Made by a program: the position numbers and the translations under genes. This document shows, piece after piece, positions 38,292 through 49,800 of a stretch of DNA of 64,000 bases; the first letter of the stretch is position 1; every line of letters begins with the position of its first letter. The stretch is from Minisyncoccota bacterium. Its GTDB lineage: Bacteria; Patescibacteriota; Minisyncoccia; Phycocordibacterales; CAIZLB01. The notes below the pieces were generated by a model. That model worked only from the letters and a program-made list of their open reading frames with translations. It was not told where the DNA came from and searched no databases. The DNA lies in assembly GCA_021734945.1 (NCBI GenBank), contig JAIPIA010000003.1:28895-92894 (forward strand), written 5' to 3'.

Positions 38292-39065
38292 TTACTTATT
38301 AAACATATCTGAGAATTGCACAATACTGTCTTTTAAAGAATCAACTTCAAACAATGCTGAACCGATCACTAATCGATCCGCACCTACATCAATCAATTTC
38401 TGAGCAGTGTTCATATTTACAGAACCGTCAACAGCAATGAACATGTATGGATACAACTCTTTTATTTTTTTAATATGATCAAGAACCTTTTCATCAAAAG
38501 CTTGTCGTTGGTATCCCACCTGATCAATACCCATACATTGCACCCAGTTAACAAATTTTGAACTAGAACCTACATTTGAATTACCCTGTAGAGCATGTTC
38601 TACTCCATCAATATATTTTGCTAATTTTTCGTAAGAAGAATTCATAGCAAAACCTACAACCATTTCTACGCCCTTCTCATCTATATTCTTTGCCAAGTTA
38701 ACAAATGCATCAAACTCAATACTGTCTATGTGAATAACAAGTCGCATAGCACCTGCAGCAATCCATCGGTCTACTTCGAAGACAGGATCTTTCACCATAA
38801 GATCTATTTCAAAACTTAATTCATCCCAATAAGGCATTGGCTCATCCTGTCGAACTATACTTGCAAAAATGCCCTTTTCGTCGTTGACGAATGGCCAAGT
38901 AGTATTTGGAGCATACATGCCGTCGACGACGTCTATTTGTACCCAATCAACAACTGAAGATATTTTTTGCAATTTTGAGACAAGATCCTTGTAGTCTTTT
39001 GTCAAAATTGCTGGAGTGACGTGAGTAGCAAGGACTGAACGTGCTTGATGGTATTCTCTATTCAT
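38292..39065 (-). CDS. rpe: Ribulose-phosphate 3-epimerase-like protein, with insertions.
   Basis: - VDWVQIDVVDGMYAPN, matching hIDVMDGxFVPN.
- EIDLMV.
- CMGIDQVGYQRQAF, matching MSVNPGFGGQ.
- IAVDGSVN and GADRLVIGSALF.
The start was chosen at MNREYHQ. Confidence 0.6.
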   Translation of the reverse strand: MNREYHQARSVLATHVTPAILTKDYKDLVSKLQKISSVVDWVQIDVVDGMYAPNTTWPFVNDEKGIFASIVRQDEPMPYWDELSFEIDLMVKDPVFEVDRWIAAGAMRLVIHIDSIEFDAFVNLAKNIDEKGVEMVVGFAMNSSYEKLAKYIDGVEHALQGNSNVGSSSKFVNWVQCMGIDQVGYQRQAFDEKVLDHIKKIKELYPYMFIAVDGSVNMNTAQKLIDVGADRLVIGSALFEVDSLKDSIVQFSDMFNK

Positions 39066-39624
39066 ACAGTGTTTCGTTTTTGTTATGTTCAATAATATCT
39101 ATTTCGTGAATTCTCCGAACATGTCGCTCATCTCCAGAAAAAGGAATGTTAAGCCACTCAAGAACTAATTCTAGTGCTTGATCATGCGCAAGAAATCGTG
39201 CCCCAAGCGACAACACATTTGAATTGTTGTGTTCTCGACTGAGTCTGATTATCTCGAAAGCGGAGTCTCCACCATAACATATTGCACATCTCACATGTGG
39301 ATATTTATTGGCCACTATTGCTTCGCCAGTCCCTGAACCACCTATAACTATAGCCCTAGTTTCATTTTTTTGAGCGAGAGTATCTAAGTTGTCACTGTGA
39401 GGATCTGCACTCAGATTAAAAGAGTCTTCGTGCTGAGCAATATATACTGCCTCTGCTTCGGAAACAGCACGTGCAGCCTTTGCTATAAATGGTGGGTAGT
39501 CATCACCATCATGCTGTGCATAAGCACCACAGTCGATAACAGTATGGCCGACATGAGATAAAGATTCAATCAAAAAATCCTTAAGTTCAAAACCTGCGTG
39601 ATCTGATGCGATAAAGATGTTCAT
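39058..39624 (-). CDS. rpiB: Ribose-5-phosphate isomerase B (RpiB/LacAB family).
   Basis: MNIFIASDHAGFELK...GGSGTGEAIVANK...RCAICYGG. Confidence 0.75.
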   Translation of the reverse strand: MNIFIASDHAGFELKDFLIESLSHVGHTVIDCGAYAQHDGDDYPPFIAKAARAVSEAEAVYIAQHEDSFNLSADPHSDNLDTLAQKNETRAIVIGGSGTGEAIVANKYPHVRCAICYGGDSAFEIIRLSREHNNSNVLSLGARFLAHDQALELVLEWLNIPFSGDERHVRRIHEIDIIEHNKNETLYE

Positions 39625-39800
39625 ACTAGTGTGGATTAAATTTACTTCTCAAGTATACAATATCAGCTTGATTTTGTGCATTGCATTTATAACACTCATC
39701 AAACATACCCCTACTATACTAGTAAGGGTATGAAATAAACTTAAAATTTTTCTAAGATTTGATCCGCTGAAGAAGTAGTCTCCGCCCAGACCATTTTAAA

Positions 39801-40832
39801 CTAAACCAACTTCGCCGCTTCAACCACGTGCTGAATGAGCGCGTGAGTATATCCGCCTTCATTGTCATACCATGCGAGAACTTTTACGAGGTTTCCATCT
39901 ACTACTCGTGTCATCTTGAGGTCTGCGATAGATGCATGAGGATTTCCCACGATGTCTCGCGATACAAGCTCCTCGTCTGTCGCGTCAAAGATACCTTTCC
40001 AGTTAGCACTCGCAGCAGCATCTCGGAGAATCTGGTTTACTTCTTCTACAGTCGTAGGTCGCTTTGAGATAAAAGTGACATCACAAAGTGAACCTGTGAT
40101 AACAGGCACTCGAACTGAAATACCATCAAACTTTCCAGCGAGCTCAGTGATAACTTGAGTCACGGCTTTGGCAGCACCTGTTGATGATGGGGCCATGTTC
40201 ATAGCAGCAGCTCTTCCCTCTCGCCAATCTTTTTTGTTTGGAGCATCTACAAGCGATTGACTTGCTGTGTATGCATGAGTTGTATTGAGAATAGCTTTTT
40301 CAACACCTATAGTGTTGTTGAGAATAGAGATAAGTGGTGACGCAGCGTTTGTTGTACAAGACGCATTTGATGACACTGCACATGTTGGTAGTGCAGGAGT
40401 GTTGATACCCATGAGAACTGTTACAGCCTGCTGTGCACCAGCTTCGTCTTTTGATGGAGCTGATATAACTACACGCTTCGCACCAGCTTTGATATGAGCA
40501 CTCGCTTTTTCGTATGATGTAAAAAGTCCTGTTGATTCGAGAACTATGTCCACTCCAAGTGCAGCCCATGGAAGATTCGCAGGATCTTTTTCACTTACAT
40601 ACTTCACTTCTTTTCCATTAATGATAAAAGAGTTTTTTTCTTTATCAACTTTGATGTCGAGATTTGATCGTCCATACGCACTGTCATACTTCATGAGGTA
40701 TGCAATGTTTCCGATATCCGCGAGGTCATTGATAGCAACTACTTCGAGTGATGGCTCCATAACTGCTAGTTTGAGAAATGCTCGTCCGATTCGTCCTCCT
40801 CCGTTAATTGCTACTTTTTTGATTGTACTCAT
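39801..40832 (-). CDS. gap: Glyceraldehyde-3-phosphate dehydrogenase.
   Basis: The NAD-binding motif is INGGGRIGR. The catalytic motif is ASCTTNAASPL. Confidence 0.9.
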   Translation of the reverse strand: MSTIKKVAINGGGRIGRAFLKLAVMEPSLEVVAINDLADIGNIAYLMKYDSAYGRSNLDIKVDKEKNSFIINGKEVKYVSEKDPANLPWAALGVDIVLESTGLFTSYEKASAHIKAGAKRVVISAPSKDEAGAQQAVTVLMGINTPALPTCAVSSNASCTTNAASPLISILNNTIGVEKAILNTTHAYTASQSLVDAPNKKDWREGRAAAMNMAPSSTGAAKAVTQVITELAGKFDGISVRVPVITGSLCDVTFISKRPTTVEEVNQILRDAAASANWKGIFDATDEELVSRDIVGNPHASIADLKMTRVVDGNLVKVLAWYDNEGGYTHALIQHVVEAAKLV

Positions 40833-41008
40833 ATGTATGGTGTACGCGCGTGCCGAGTTGATATCTGTTTTGGTATCTGACTGATATGTATCTTGGCTTA
40901 TCTGCGCTTCTGTAAATTAAAGCTTATATGCTTTATATTATATCAGTTTTGAGAAAGTTTGCTGTGGTTTTTAAGGGATGGCGTGGGACTTTTTACAGAC
41001 AGCCTACC

Positions 41009-43080
41009 CTACTTCCCGAGGTTGTAGAGAGATTTGATTTCGGAAGCGGAGAGTGCGCGGTTGTAAATACGGATATCGTCGAGAGAGCCTTTGAAATAAG
41101 AGCTAGACGCCCCTGCTCGTCTTCCTATCGCAAAAGCATTAGCTCCTGCGGCCCAATTGATATCAGGACTTGTGCTAGTTTCCGAAACATCAACTCCGTT
41201 AATATATATCTTTAGTGTTGATACCCCATCATACGTCATAGTGACAAAATACCATTGATTAGATGAAAGTGTAATTGATGTTCTAGCTCGAATCTCACCT
41301 GTAGTATAGTTAGGCTGATAAAAACCAACCAATTTTCCATCAGTTCCACTTACAACTATTCCGAACCCCTTTGTGGCACCCGAAGAATCACCTTTTTGCA
41401 TAATGCGAAGATAGTTAGTTGTAAGATCTTGGGAATTAATCCAAAATGAAGCGGTCATAGTAGTGAGACTGTCCAAAGGGGTTGTGTCTGCAGAAACATA
41501 ATCATTCGTTCCATCAAAACTCAGTGCCTGCCCCATTTTACCAATAGCTGGCGTTGGACCATTTGTGAGTGTTCCATTATTTCCACTTCCACTCCTGTCA
41601 TACGCAGTTGTCGTACCATTCATATCTTTTCCATCAAAAGACCAGAGGCCGACGAGGCCGGTGTCTAGGGAGGAGGATGTGGTGTTTCGTGAAGCATTAA
41701 CTGTCGCAGTCCCGCGATTATAGAGAGATTTGATTTCGGAAGCGGAGAGTGCGCGGTTATAAATGCGGACTTCATCGATAGAAGCATTTAAATAATTACT
41801 TGCCGCATGTGGTATTCTTCCAACATTTACATTTCCTGCAACAGATGTAGCGAGATTGAAATTTCCACCAACCCCTGTTGAATTTTGTCCATCAATGTAA
41901 ATAAGAGAACCACCTGCACCTGCTGTATATGACATTATTACATGGTGCCATTTACCGTCAGCTATAGTATTAACACCTGAATCTATAGCTGATCCATTTT
42001 GTGTAAAAACAACTTTTCCACCCTGATACACACCTAAAGCAAAAACCCCATTACTACCAGTTCCATACCCAAAAGCATAAAGATCGCCAGTACCTGTATA
42101 TGTCGTCTTGATCCAAAAAGCGACCGATCTACTTACTGAACCAGCGGGTAGATTGGCAGCTGATGCACTAACATAATCATTCGTCCCATCAAAACTCAGT
42201 GCCTGACCCATTTTGCCGACAGTTGTCACTGGTCCATTCGTCAGTGTCCCGTTATTACCACTTCCACTCCTATCATACGCCGTCGTACCGTTCATATCCT
42301 TTCCATCAAAAGACCAGAGGCCGACGAGGCCAGTGTCGAGAGTAGAATTTGTGCCGTTTTGAGATGAGTTAACTTTTTGCGCACCGGTATTGTAGAGCGA
42401 GGTGACTTCTGTGGCGGAGAGAGCGCGGTTGTAGATACGAACCTCATCGATCTTTCCACTGAATATGTTTCCTGTGTTGGGATAGTATCCAATATACACA
42501 TTTGAGCTTACAGTAGGAGTAACCGCAGCAACACCGGCTGAAAAATTTAATGACTGCTGAACATTATCTACATATAACTTTAACCTATTTGCATCACCTG
42601 TTTGGGTCCCATCATATACCATGACAACATAATGCCAGACATTTGCAGTAATAATATTATTTGAAGTATATCCGTAACCTGTACCTCCATTTGTTGAAAC
42701 TCTGACAACAATATCATCTACACTTGCTAAATCGCCCGCCAAGAGCATATCTATACCATTTGCATTATCAAATTTTGAAATAATAGCATCATACCTAACA
42801 CCTCCTGTTCTATATATCCAAGCTGAGTAGGTCACTCCAGTTTTACCATGCAAAGCTGTTATATTTCCCGCATCAACATAATCATTTATTCCATCAAAAT
42901 TGAGTCCACCTCCAAGCTTTCCATTCCCCCATCCGCTTGTTGCTGTAGCTGGCGCCGCCATGTTGGTAAGTGTCCCTGTATTTCCATTTCCGGAAAAATC
43001 TGTGGCTTTGGTTGAGGTGGCGTCGTTCATAGACCAGTAGCCGACGAGACCAAGGTTGTTCGCAGGCTTTACCAATGTAG
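41009..43080. repeat. Intragenic tandem repeats of about 690 bp (three copies) in the LamG gene.
   Basis: For example, 41030-41088 is almost identical to 41720-41778, and a third copy lies at about 42400-42455. Confidence 0.6.
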
Positions 43081-43261
43081 CAGCATCAGCTGTCTGAGGG
43101 AAAAATAGCACCCCGACAAATGCACTAACAAACACACCGACTGCGACAACAGCGAACAATCCACGAACAGCATGCATACTATATATATGCATATCCAACT
43201 TAGTGAATGCTCTGTGTACTGTTTTTTGCAATTTGTAAAATGTGTTAAATGTGTTTGTCAT
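41009..43261 (-). CDS. Secreted protein with three tandem LamG-like (concanavalin A-like lectin/glucanase) domains.
   Basis: Signal peptide, then three repeats of about 230 aa, each ending in IDEVRIYNRALSA(T/S)E(V/I)(T/K)SLYN. Nucleotide-level repeats occur with a period of about 690 bp. Confidence 0.65.
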   Translation of the reverse strand: MTNTFNTFYKLQKTVHRAFTKLDMHIYSMHAVRGLFAVVAVGVFVSAFVGVLFFPQTADAATLVKPANNLGLVGYWSMNDATSTKATDFSGNGNTGTLTNMAAPATATSGWGNGKLGGGLNFDGINDYVDAGNITALHGKTGVTYSAWIYRTGGVRYDAIISKFDNANGIDMLLAGDLASVDDIVVRVSTNGGTGYGYTSNNIITANVWHYVVMVYDGTQTGDANRLKLYVDNVQQSLNFSAGVAAVTPTVSSNVYIGYYPNTGNIFSGKIDEVRIYNRALSATEVTSLYNTGAQKVNSSQNGTNSTLDTGLVGLWSFDGKDMNGTTAYDRSGSGNNGTLTNGPVTTVGKMGQALSFDGTNDYVSASAANLPAGSVSRSVAFWIKTTYTGTGDLYAFGYGTGSNGVFALGVYQGGKVVFTQNGSAIDSGVNTIADGKWHHVIMSYTAGAGGSLIYIDGQNSTGVGGNFNLATSVAGNVNVGRIPHAASNYLNASIDEVRIYNRALSASEIKSLYNRGTATVNASRNTTSSSLDTGLVGLWSFDGKDMNGTTTAYDRSGSGNNGTLTNGPTPAIGKMGQALSFDGTNDYVSADTTPLDSLTTMTASFWINSQDLTTNYLRIMQKGDSSGATKGFGIVVSGTDGKLVGFYQPNYTTGEIRARTSITLSSNQWYFVTMTYDGVSTLKIYINGVDVSETSTSPDINWAAGANAFAIGRRAGASSSYFKGSLDDIRIYNRALSASEIKSLYNLGK

Positions 43262-43273
43262 GTTTGTGTTTAT

Positions 43274-43858
43274 TTATTTGAACTCCCATGTCGCAAACAT
43301 ACCCTTGAGTAGATCATCGAATCTGCTGTAGGTACTTATCTGATATAAATTATCTTTATATATAAACCACACCTCTCGCGAATCACCATTGAACGCACCA
43401 TTGTCACTCTTGAATGCTAGACCTTTGTAGCTTTTACCAATCTCAAGCACTTGGTCATCAGTGATTTTCAAGTCGGGTATCGCTGATTGAACCATATCTT
43501 TTGTCAGAACCTTTACACCTTTTTCATCATATGGAGATACCACAATCTGTACACCCTCACTCTTAGAATTTTCAAATACAATAGTATGAGTACCATTCAC
43601 ATCAGACTCTCTTGTTGTAAAATCCTCTGGAATATTTAACGAAAATCCATACGCACTACTCGTGTAGTTTTTTGTAAGTGGAGGAACAACGTATGGCGCA
43701 GTTTTTTCTACCCCGTCGGCATTTGCACCACCAACCCGATTCGCTTCCCTATTATGCACTATATATATGTATGCCAAAGAAATAAAGCACACGCAAAGCG
43801 CAACGCCCAACGCGAGTATAATCCAATTTTTCTTGTGAATGTTTGATATATATTTCAT
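43274..43858 (-). CDS. Hypothetical membrane-anchored protein.
   Basis: 194 aa with an N-terminal TM helix. It lies between the giant surface-protein gene and the LamG gene. Confidence 0.4.
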   Translation of the reverse strand: MKYISNIHKKNWIILALGVALCVCFISLAYIYIVHNREANRVGGANADGVEKTAPYVVPPLTKNYTSSAYGFSLNIPEDFTTRESDVNGTHTIVFENSKSEGVQIVVSPYDEKGVKVLTKDMVQSAIPDLKITDDQVLEIGKSYKGLAFKSDNGAFNGDSREVWFIYKDNLYQISTYSRFDDLLKGMFATWEFK

Positions 43859-43867
43859 AGATTATTT

Positions 43868-46800
43868 TTATTGTACTGAGCCATCAGACGCTGGAGCGGG
43901 TGTAACTGCGGGTGCGGGATCTGGAGCAGGAGCAGGATTTGGTGTGGGCGCTGATACAGGTTCAGCGACAGGTGTTGGCGTAGGCTCAGGTGCAACTTCA
44001 GGTGTAGGAGTGTCGACAGGTGCTGGATCTGAAGCTGGTATCGTGTCGGACGATGATGTAGTTGTTACATCAGAAGTTGAAGATTCATCGGCGCTCGTTG
44101 TATCAGGGTTTGAATCTGGAGTTACTGTGGTTTCTGTTGATGGTGTCGGCGGAACTGATGATGTAGTGGTCACAGGCGGAGTAGGCGCAGGAGCAGATGT
44201 CTGTGGAATCACCATCACTGACCCAGAATTAAGTAGCATTTGTTTAAATTGATCTTTTGAAACGCAAACATCATCTACACAAACCATACCTTTAATATTT
44301 ATACGATCACCCTTTGGACTAAACCATCCGAGTATTGCATCCACTCGAGTTTTCAAATCTTTTACCGCCTCTACTACAAGAGCCACCATGTTGGCGTAGT
44401 TGAGCGACTTATATTCACCACCATCTCGCACGAGTTCTGGAACTATTTTTTCTACGTCTTGTGCAATAAATCCAATTTCAGTTGATGAGCCGAATCGTAG
44501 CTTATCTTTCCATCCGAATGTAACACCTTGCAACTTCATTACCTTATCAAGCGCACTTTCTATTGGCTTGATGTCCTCCTTAAGTCGAATATCAGATGGT
44601 GTCAAAATGATGTTTCCATTTGCGTCAGCAGAAAGCGACGCTCCACCCACAAGGTTTGTAGCGTTGATAGTACCCACAACTGAAAATGCAGATACAGGAG
44701 TTGTCGTACCTACACCGAGTCTGAGAGTATTCACGGCACCTGCACCATTTGAAAGACCATACACTGTAAGCATAGGATTTCCACCAAGCTGCGCAGTGTA
44801 ACTCTGAACTGTTCCAGAAGCTGAAGCGGATGTAACTGGCATATCAACCCAACTAATCATTCCAGAGTCAGATTCAAATGTCATTGCGCCAAGTGACGCG
44901 TTTGCAATATTTGTAAGACCTGACGCCCAGTTGTATGTAAGTGCACCATTACCCACATTCAAACCTCCGGCAAATGTAGATGTTGCTGTGGTTGATCCAG
45001 AAGTGAATAGGTCTGCGTATGATTCACCTACTACTGTGAGTTTTGCATATGGAGTTGATGAACCAATACCCACGTTTCCATTTGCACCAACTATGAACAA
45101 TGATGATGTCGCGAACCCCGCTGATGTTGTAGATGCAATGTCAAAAAGTGGAGTTGTTGAGCCAAAAGCTTGCTGAATTGAAAGTTTTGCCCACGGAGCA
45201 GTTGAGCCAGTGACAATACCCAGTCCGACCTTACCCAAATTCACAAAGAGATCACCTCGACCTATAGTCAGATTTTTATCAAAGAAACCGCTCGCTGAAA
45301 GAACGTCCTGTCCACTACTGACAGATATATTGTCAATAGTGGAGTATGCGCCACCCATAGCGATATATCTCACATACAAAGGAGAGTTAGTCACACCGCT
45401 TGCCGTACCGTCATATAGTCTTGTCCATGTATCACCAGCATTTGAACTTATGTAATATGATGCTCCATTTGGTGATAGAGAAATCTTAATCTTATATGGT
45501 GCACCTCCTGTCCATGTTCCAACACTTCCACCTATCTGGCTACCATTTTGATAGATATACAAATTACCATCGTTTGAAAAAAATATAGCATGAGGCATGT
45601 TGGTATACGCAAGGGCTGTGGCGCTTGAAAACCCTACCACAACAACACTTGTGGCAGTTACATCTGCAGTAAGAGTAGTAGAACTGGCCCGACGATATGA
45701 CTGTGTGCTAGTCAGACCTTCTGACGTGTAACTACCCGCACCAAGAAATCTGAGTGCCCCAGAAACGAGGGTTGCGCTTGAACCTGTAACAGTCCAGTTG
45801 GCGGTACTGACAGATGAGCCATCGAAAGTTTCAGAGAACTGGACGAAATCTCCCAGACCACTCACACCGCCCAATATTGGTCCAAGGAAGTTTGCTCCAC
45901 CAACCACTGCGAGTTTTGTTGCAGGCGTTGTAGTACCAATCCCCACATTCCCATTCGCAAGCACTGAGAATAGTGATGTACCTGTAGACGAAGCTACATT
46001 GAATGGATTAACTCCAGATGAGCCTTGTACATTGAATGTGTATGTTGAAGATGTTGCGTTTACACCAGATACAGTTCCATTATCTAGTAGAAGTCCTGTT
46101 GAAAGAGCAGATGATGAAGTCCATCGAGCAAGGTATCCGTCTGTTCCACCTGAGAGTGAGCCCCCTCCACCACTAATACCAAGTGTTGATGTAGCCACCC
46201 ACTGCGTTCCTGTACCAGTTGTTTGAAGTACCATACCCGCTGTACCACTCGCATTTGAAGAATCAAAAAGTGCACCAGTGAGTTGCATGTTACCAGCAAT
46301 AGAAAGCTTTTGAGATGGGGTTGTAGTGCCGAGACCTAGACCAGTTGATGCAATCGTTATCTTGGATGCATCATTAGGCCCTATCATTACAGTTGTGGCG
46401 ATAGTGTTGGTTATAGAGTTACCAATAACTGTCGCACTACCTGCAGTCACTGTGTTACCATAACCTATAGCGAGATTATATCCAGCACCACTCACGGAGT
46501 TCTGCATACCATATGCAGCTCCCGCCTCAGCTGATACATTGTTTAGACGACCAACAGCGACAGCACTCTGACCCGAAACAGTATTTTGATTTCCGATAGA
46601 AGCAGAATATTGCCAAGCTGAGTTATCTGTACCAAGTGCAGTTCCATATGTACCCGTTACGGAATTATAACGACCAACAGTGACGCCATATTGACCTGAA
46701 GTAAGATTGTTTAGACCAACAGCCACAGACTCGATTCCAGAGGCAACCTTATCTGCTGAAACATGTTGTGATTGAATATCGAGAGAAAGCGAACCACGAG

Positions 46801-49800
46801 AATTTCCATCTACTGCTCCGATTATAACGGAGCCGTTAGTGCTTGATGCCACGCTCAATGAACCAGCCAATGTCAAAACTGCGGCAGTCTGAGTACTTGT
46901 ACCTATACTAACTTTTCCAGTCGTGTAGTAAATATCAGAACCAGATGTCGTCCAAGGGCTTGCTCCCCCTCCACTAATACCAAGCGTAGATGTAGCCACC
47001 CATGTCGGTGCGGATGTGCCGTTTGAAAGGAGCACCATACCTGTTGTACCAGAGCTTCCATTTGCACGAAGTGCACCTGTGAAGTTAATGTCGCCGGCTA
47101 CTGTGAGTGGGAATGATGGAGATGTTGTAGCAATTCCTACATTGCCCTGTGTGAAATATACACCACCTGTTCCTGTAGCGGCAATTGTAATACCTCCATT
47201 AAGATTTGTTGGGGTAATGGTATTACCCGCAATTCTTAAAAATCCAAGATCAGCTCCGTTTGTTAGTGCAATTGGTGTAGCATCTGACGTTGTAATTGTT
47301 TTTCCTGCACTCAATCGTAGATTACCTTTCAATAAAATCTGACCTGTTCCGGAAGGATTCAATTCGAGGTCTCCAGTACCCGCAGACTTAAATACTAGGT
47401 TTTGGTTACTATCAGCTGTAACAGTTACGTTATTTGAATTGTCTGTCTGCAATACTTTTTGTCCATTTACATAAAGTGACCCTGGACCTATATATACGTC
47501 TCTCCACATTCGACTTGGTGTACCTAATCTATATGTATCATCAACACCTGGAATAAGGTCTCCGGACAATAATACATCTGTAGTAATTGTTGACGTACCT
47601 GTACCGAGAACATTTAATACACCTCCCGTTGTAAGGTTACTTGTAAAATTACCTGCACCCACAACGCTGAGTGCTGAAGCTGGAGTTGTCGTACCAATAC
47701 CAATATTTCCATTTGATAAGAATAGAGTTGATGTACCTACAGCTGTATCTGTTCCACTAAAGAATGCAAACTGACCTGTAGTTCCAGTAAGTGAACCTCC
47801 TCCTCCAGATATACCAAGTGTAGATGTCGCTACCCATGTAGGTGCTGAGCCTGTACCGCTTGAAAGGAGTACCATACCTGTAGTTCCGGCACTATTATTA
47901 AAATACGTAGCACCTGTTGCACCAATTTTAAAGAGTGATGCATTTGTCGACGAAGCGAGATTAAGCAAATCTGTCGTTCCTGCATTACCTGTAATAGCAA
48001 GTCGTGCAGTTGGAGTTGTGGTACCAATACCAACATCTCCAGTTCCTGCCTTTACTATAAACTTTGTTGTATATGATGGATATGGATAACTAACTAGTGT
48101 AGTAGACTGGTCAACAGTGAAATCACTGGCTGCACCAGTAAAGACTCCTAGTGAAGCTGTTCCCTGCCCTAAAGTCATGCCTAGTCCCGCAAAATATGAT
48201 GGCGTACCATTAGTACCATACACAAGTAATTTTGGACCGAGTGAACCACCAAGATCTAATTGTGCTTGAGGACTTGTGGTATTAATACCCAAATTACCAC
48301 TTATTCCTACGTTCCCTGAAGTGAATGAAATATTCGCCCCACTTGTAGTCCACTGACTGCCTGTGATACCAAGAGAACTTGTTGCCACAAGATTATATCC
48401 ACCTGATGCATTACCAAGGAGTAATTGCCCTAATGATGGTGCAGTTGTTGTTCCTGTGCCACCACGCGCAATAGCAAGTACACCACTTGATATATTTGTA
48501 GCACTAAGTGATGTGATTCCTGAACCATTACCTGTAAATGTATTTGAACCAATATTGATATTTCCAAATCCTGAGCCAATAGATCCTGATGTGAGTGTGC
48601 CAACTGTAGCAAGAGTACTCGCAGAAGTAAGCCCAGCGAGAGTTGTGATATTAGGTAGAGATGTTGTTGCTGAAAGCACCTCATTTACCCTCGCATCAGC
48701 TCTTGTGTTTGTAAAGTAAAGATTAGAACCTTCGATGAAGTCTGATGTTGAGAATGAAGATGTAGCCACTGCTCCAGAGAATCCACCAATTGAAGTTACA
48801 CCAGTTGAGTTAAGAGTATTACCGCTCCAAGCAAGACCTGTACCTGCAGTGATTCGCGTTGAAGGAGTTTGATAAAAGACAGACAAGTTTGTTGTTGATG
48901 CAGAGAGAGCTGTGGTAGATGCGTTCAGAGTATTAGTTGTTGAAGTGAGGCCAGCAATTGAAGCAATAGAACTCGCCCACTCTGTTGTGCTTGCGTTAAG
49001 TGGAATATTGTAACCTGATGTAAGTGATGTGATTCCTGTGCTGTTGTCGTATGTGAGGCCAGTTGCGATGGTTGAAAAAGCAGCACGAGTTGTTGATGTT
49101 GAGAAAGATGCTCCAGCTGAAATACCAGTGAGTTGCGATCCATCACCATAAAAAACTGAGGCTGTGATTGTATTATCTGAAGTTATTGGGCCAACAAAAG
49201 TAGATGTTGCAGTTGATGTAGCTACGATTGAAGCAAATATATTTGAGTAAGATGATCCTCCTGAAAGTTGTGAAATTTGCTCGGCTAATGGTGCAACTGC
49301 GGCATTGATGCTTGCAGCCGTTGAACGTGATGTGTCAGCAGGAACTGTATATGCGCTACCTCCAGTGTATGTATTATAAAAATTCTGAGTAATCTCTTGT
49401 GTGGTTGTTCTATTCGTTGACTGAGTCTCCAACTGATACAATCTTGCCAAAATATTTTGTACCAGTGGTGATGCATATAAATTTACTGAAACTATATTTT
49501 TATTTTGAACAGGTTGAACAGACTGATTTATTTTTGGTGTAATACCTTGAATTACCGACGGAGATACGCTCGTAGAAGTCTTTGACGGTGTTGAGATTTG
49601 CTGTGTAGAAGTTGATTTGCTACTAAAATTATTAACAATTATTGATGTTGCAATACTTTCATTTTTAATAAAAAATGGAGTCAAAACATCTGCTGTTTTA
49701 TCTATTGCAAATCCAAACATTTTTTCCAAGCCAAAATTTATTGACGACGATACAGAAGCTGATTGGTTAGATACCTGTTTCGAAACATTCTCATTCACAA

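Noticed and set aside
43839-44252. 137-aa plus-strand ORF (GAGVTAGAGSGAGAG...), and many other 60-140-aa ORFs antisense to the 2104-aa gene.
   Set aside because: They are antisense reading frames through Pro/Ala/Thr-codon-rich repetitive coding DNA. The long minus-strand ORF explains the region.
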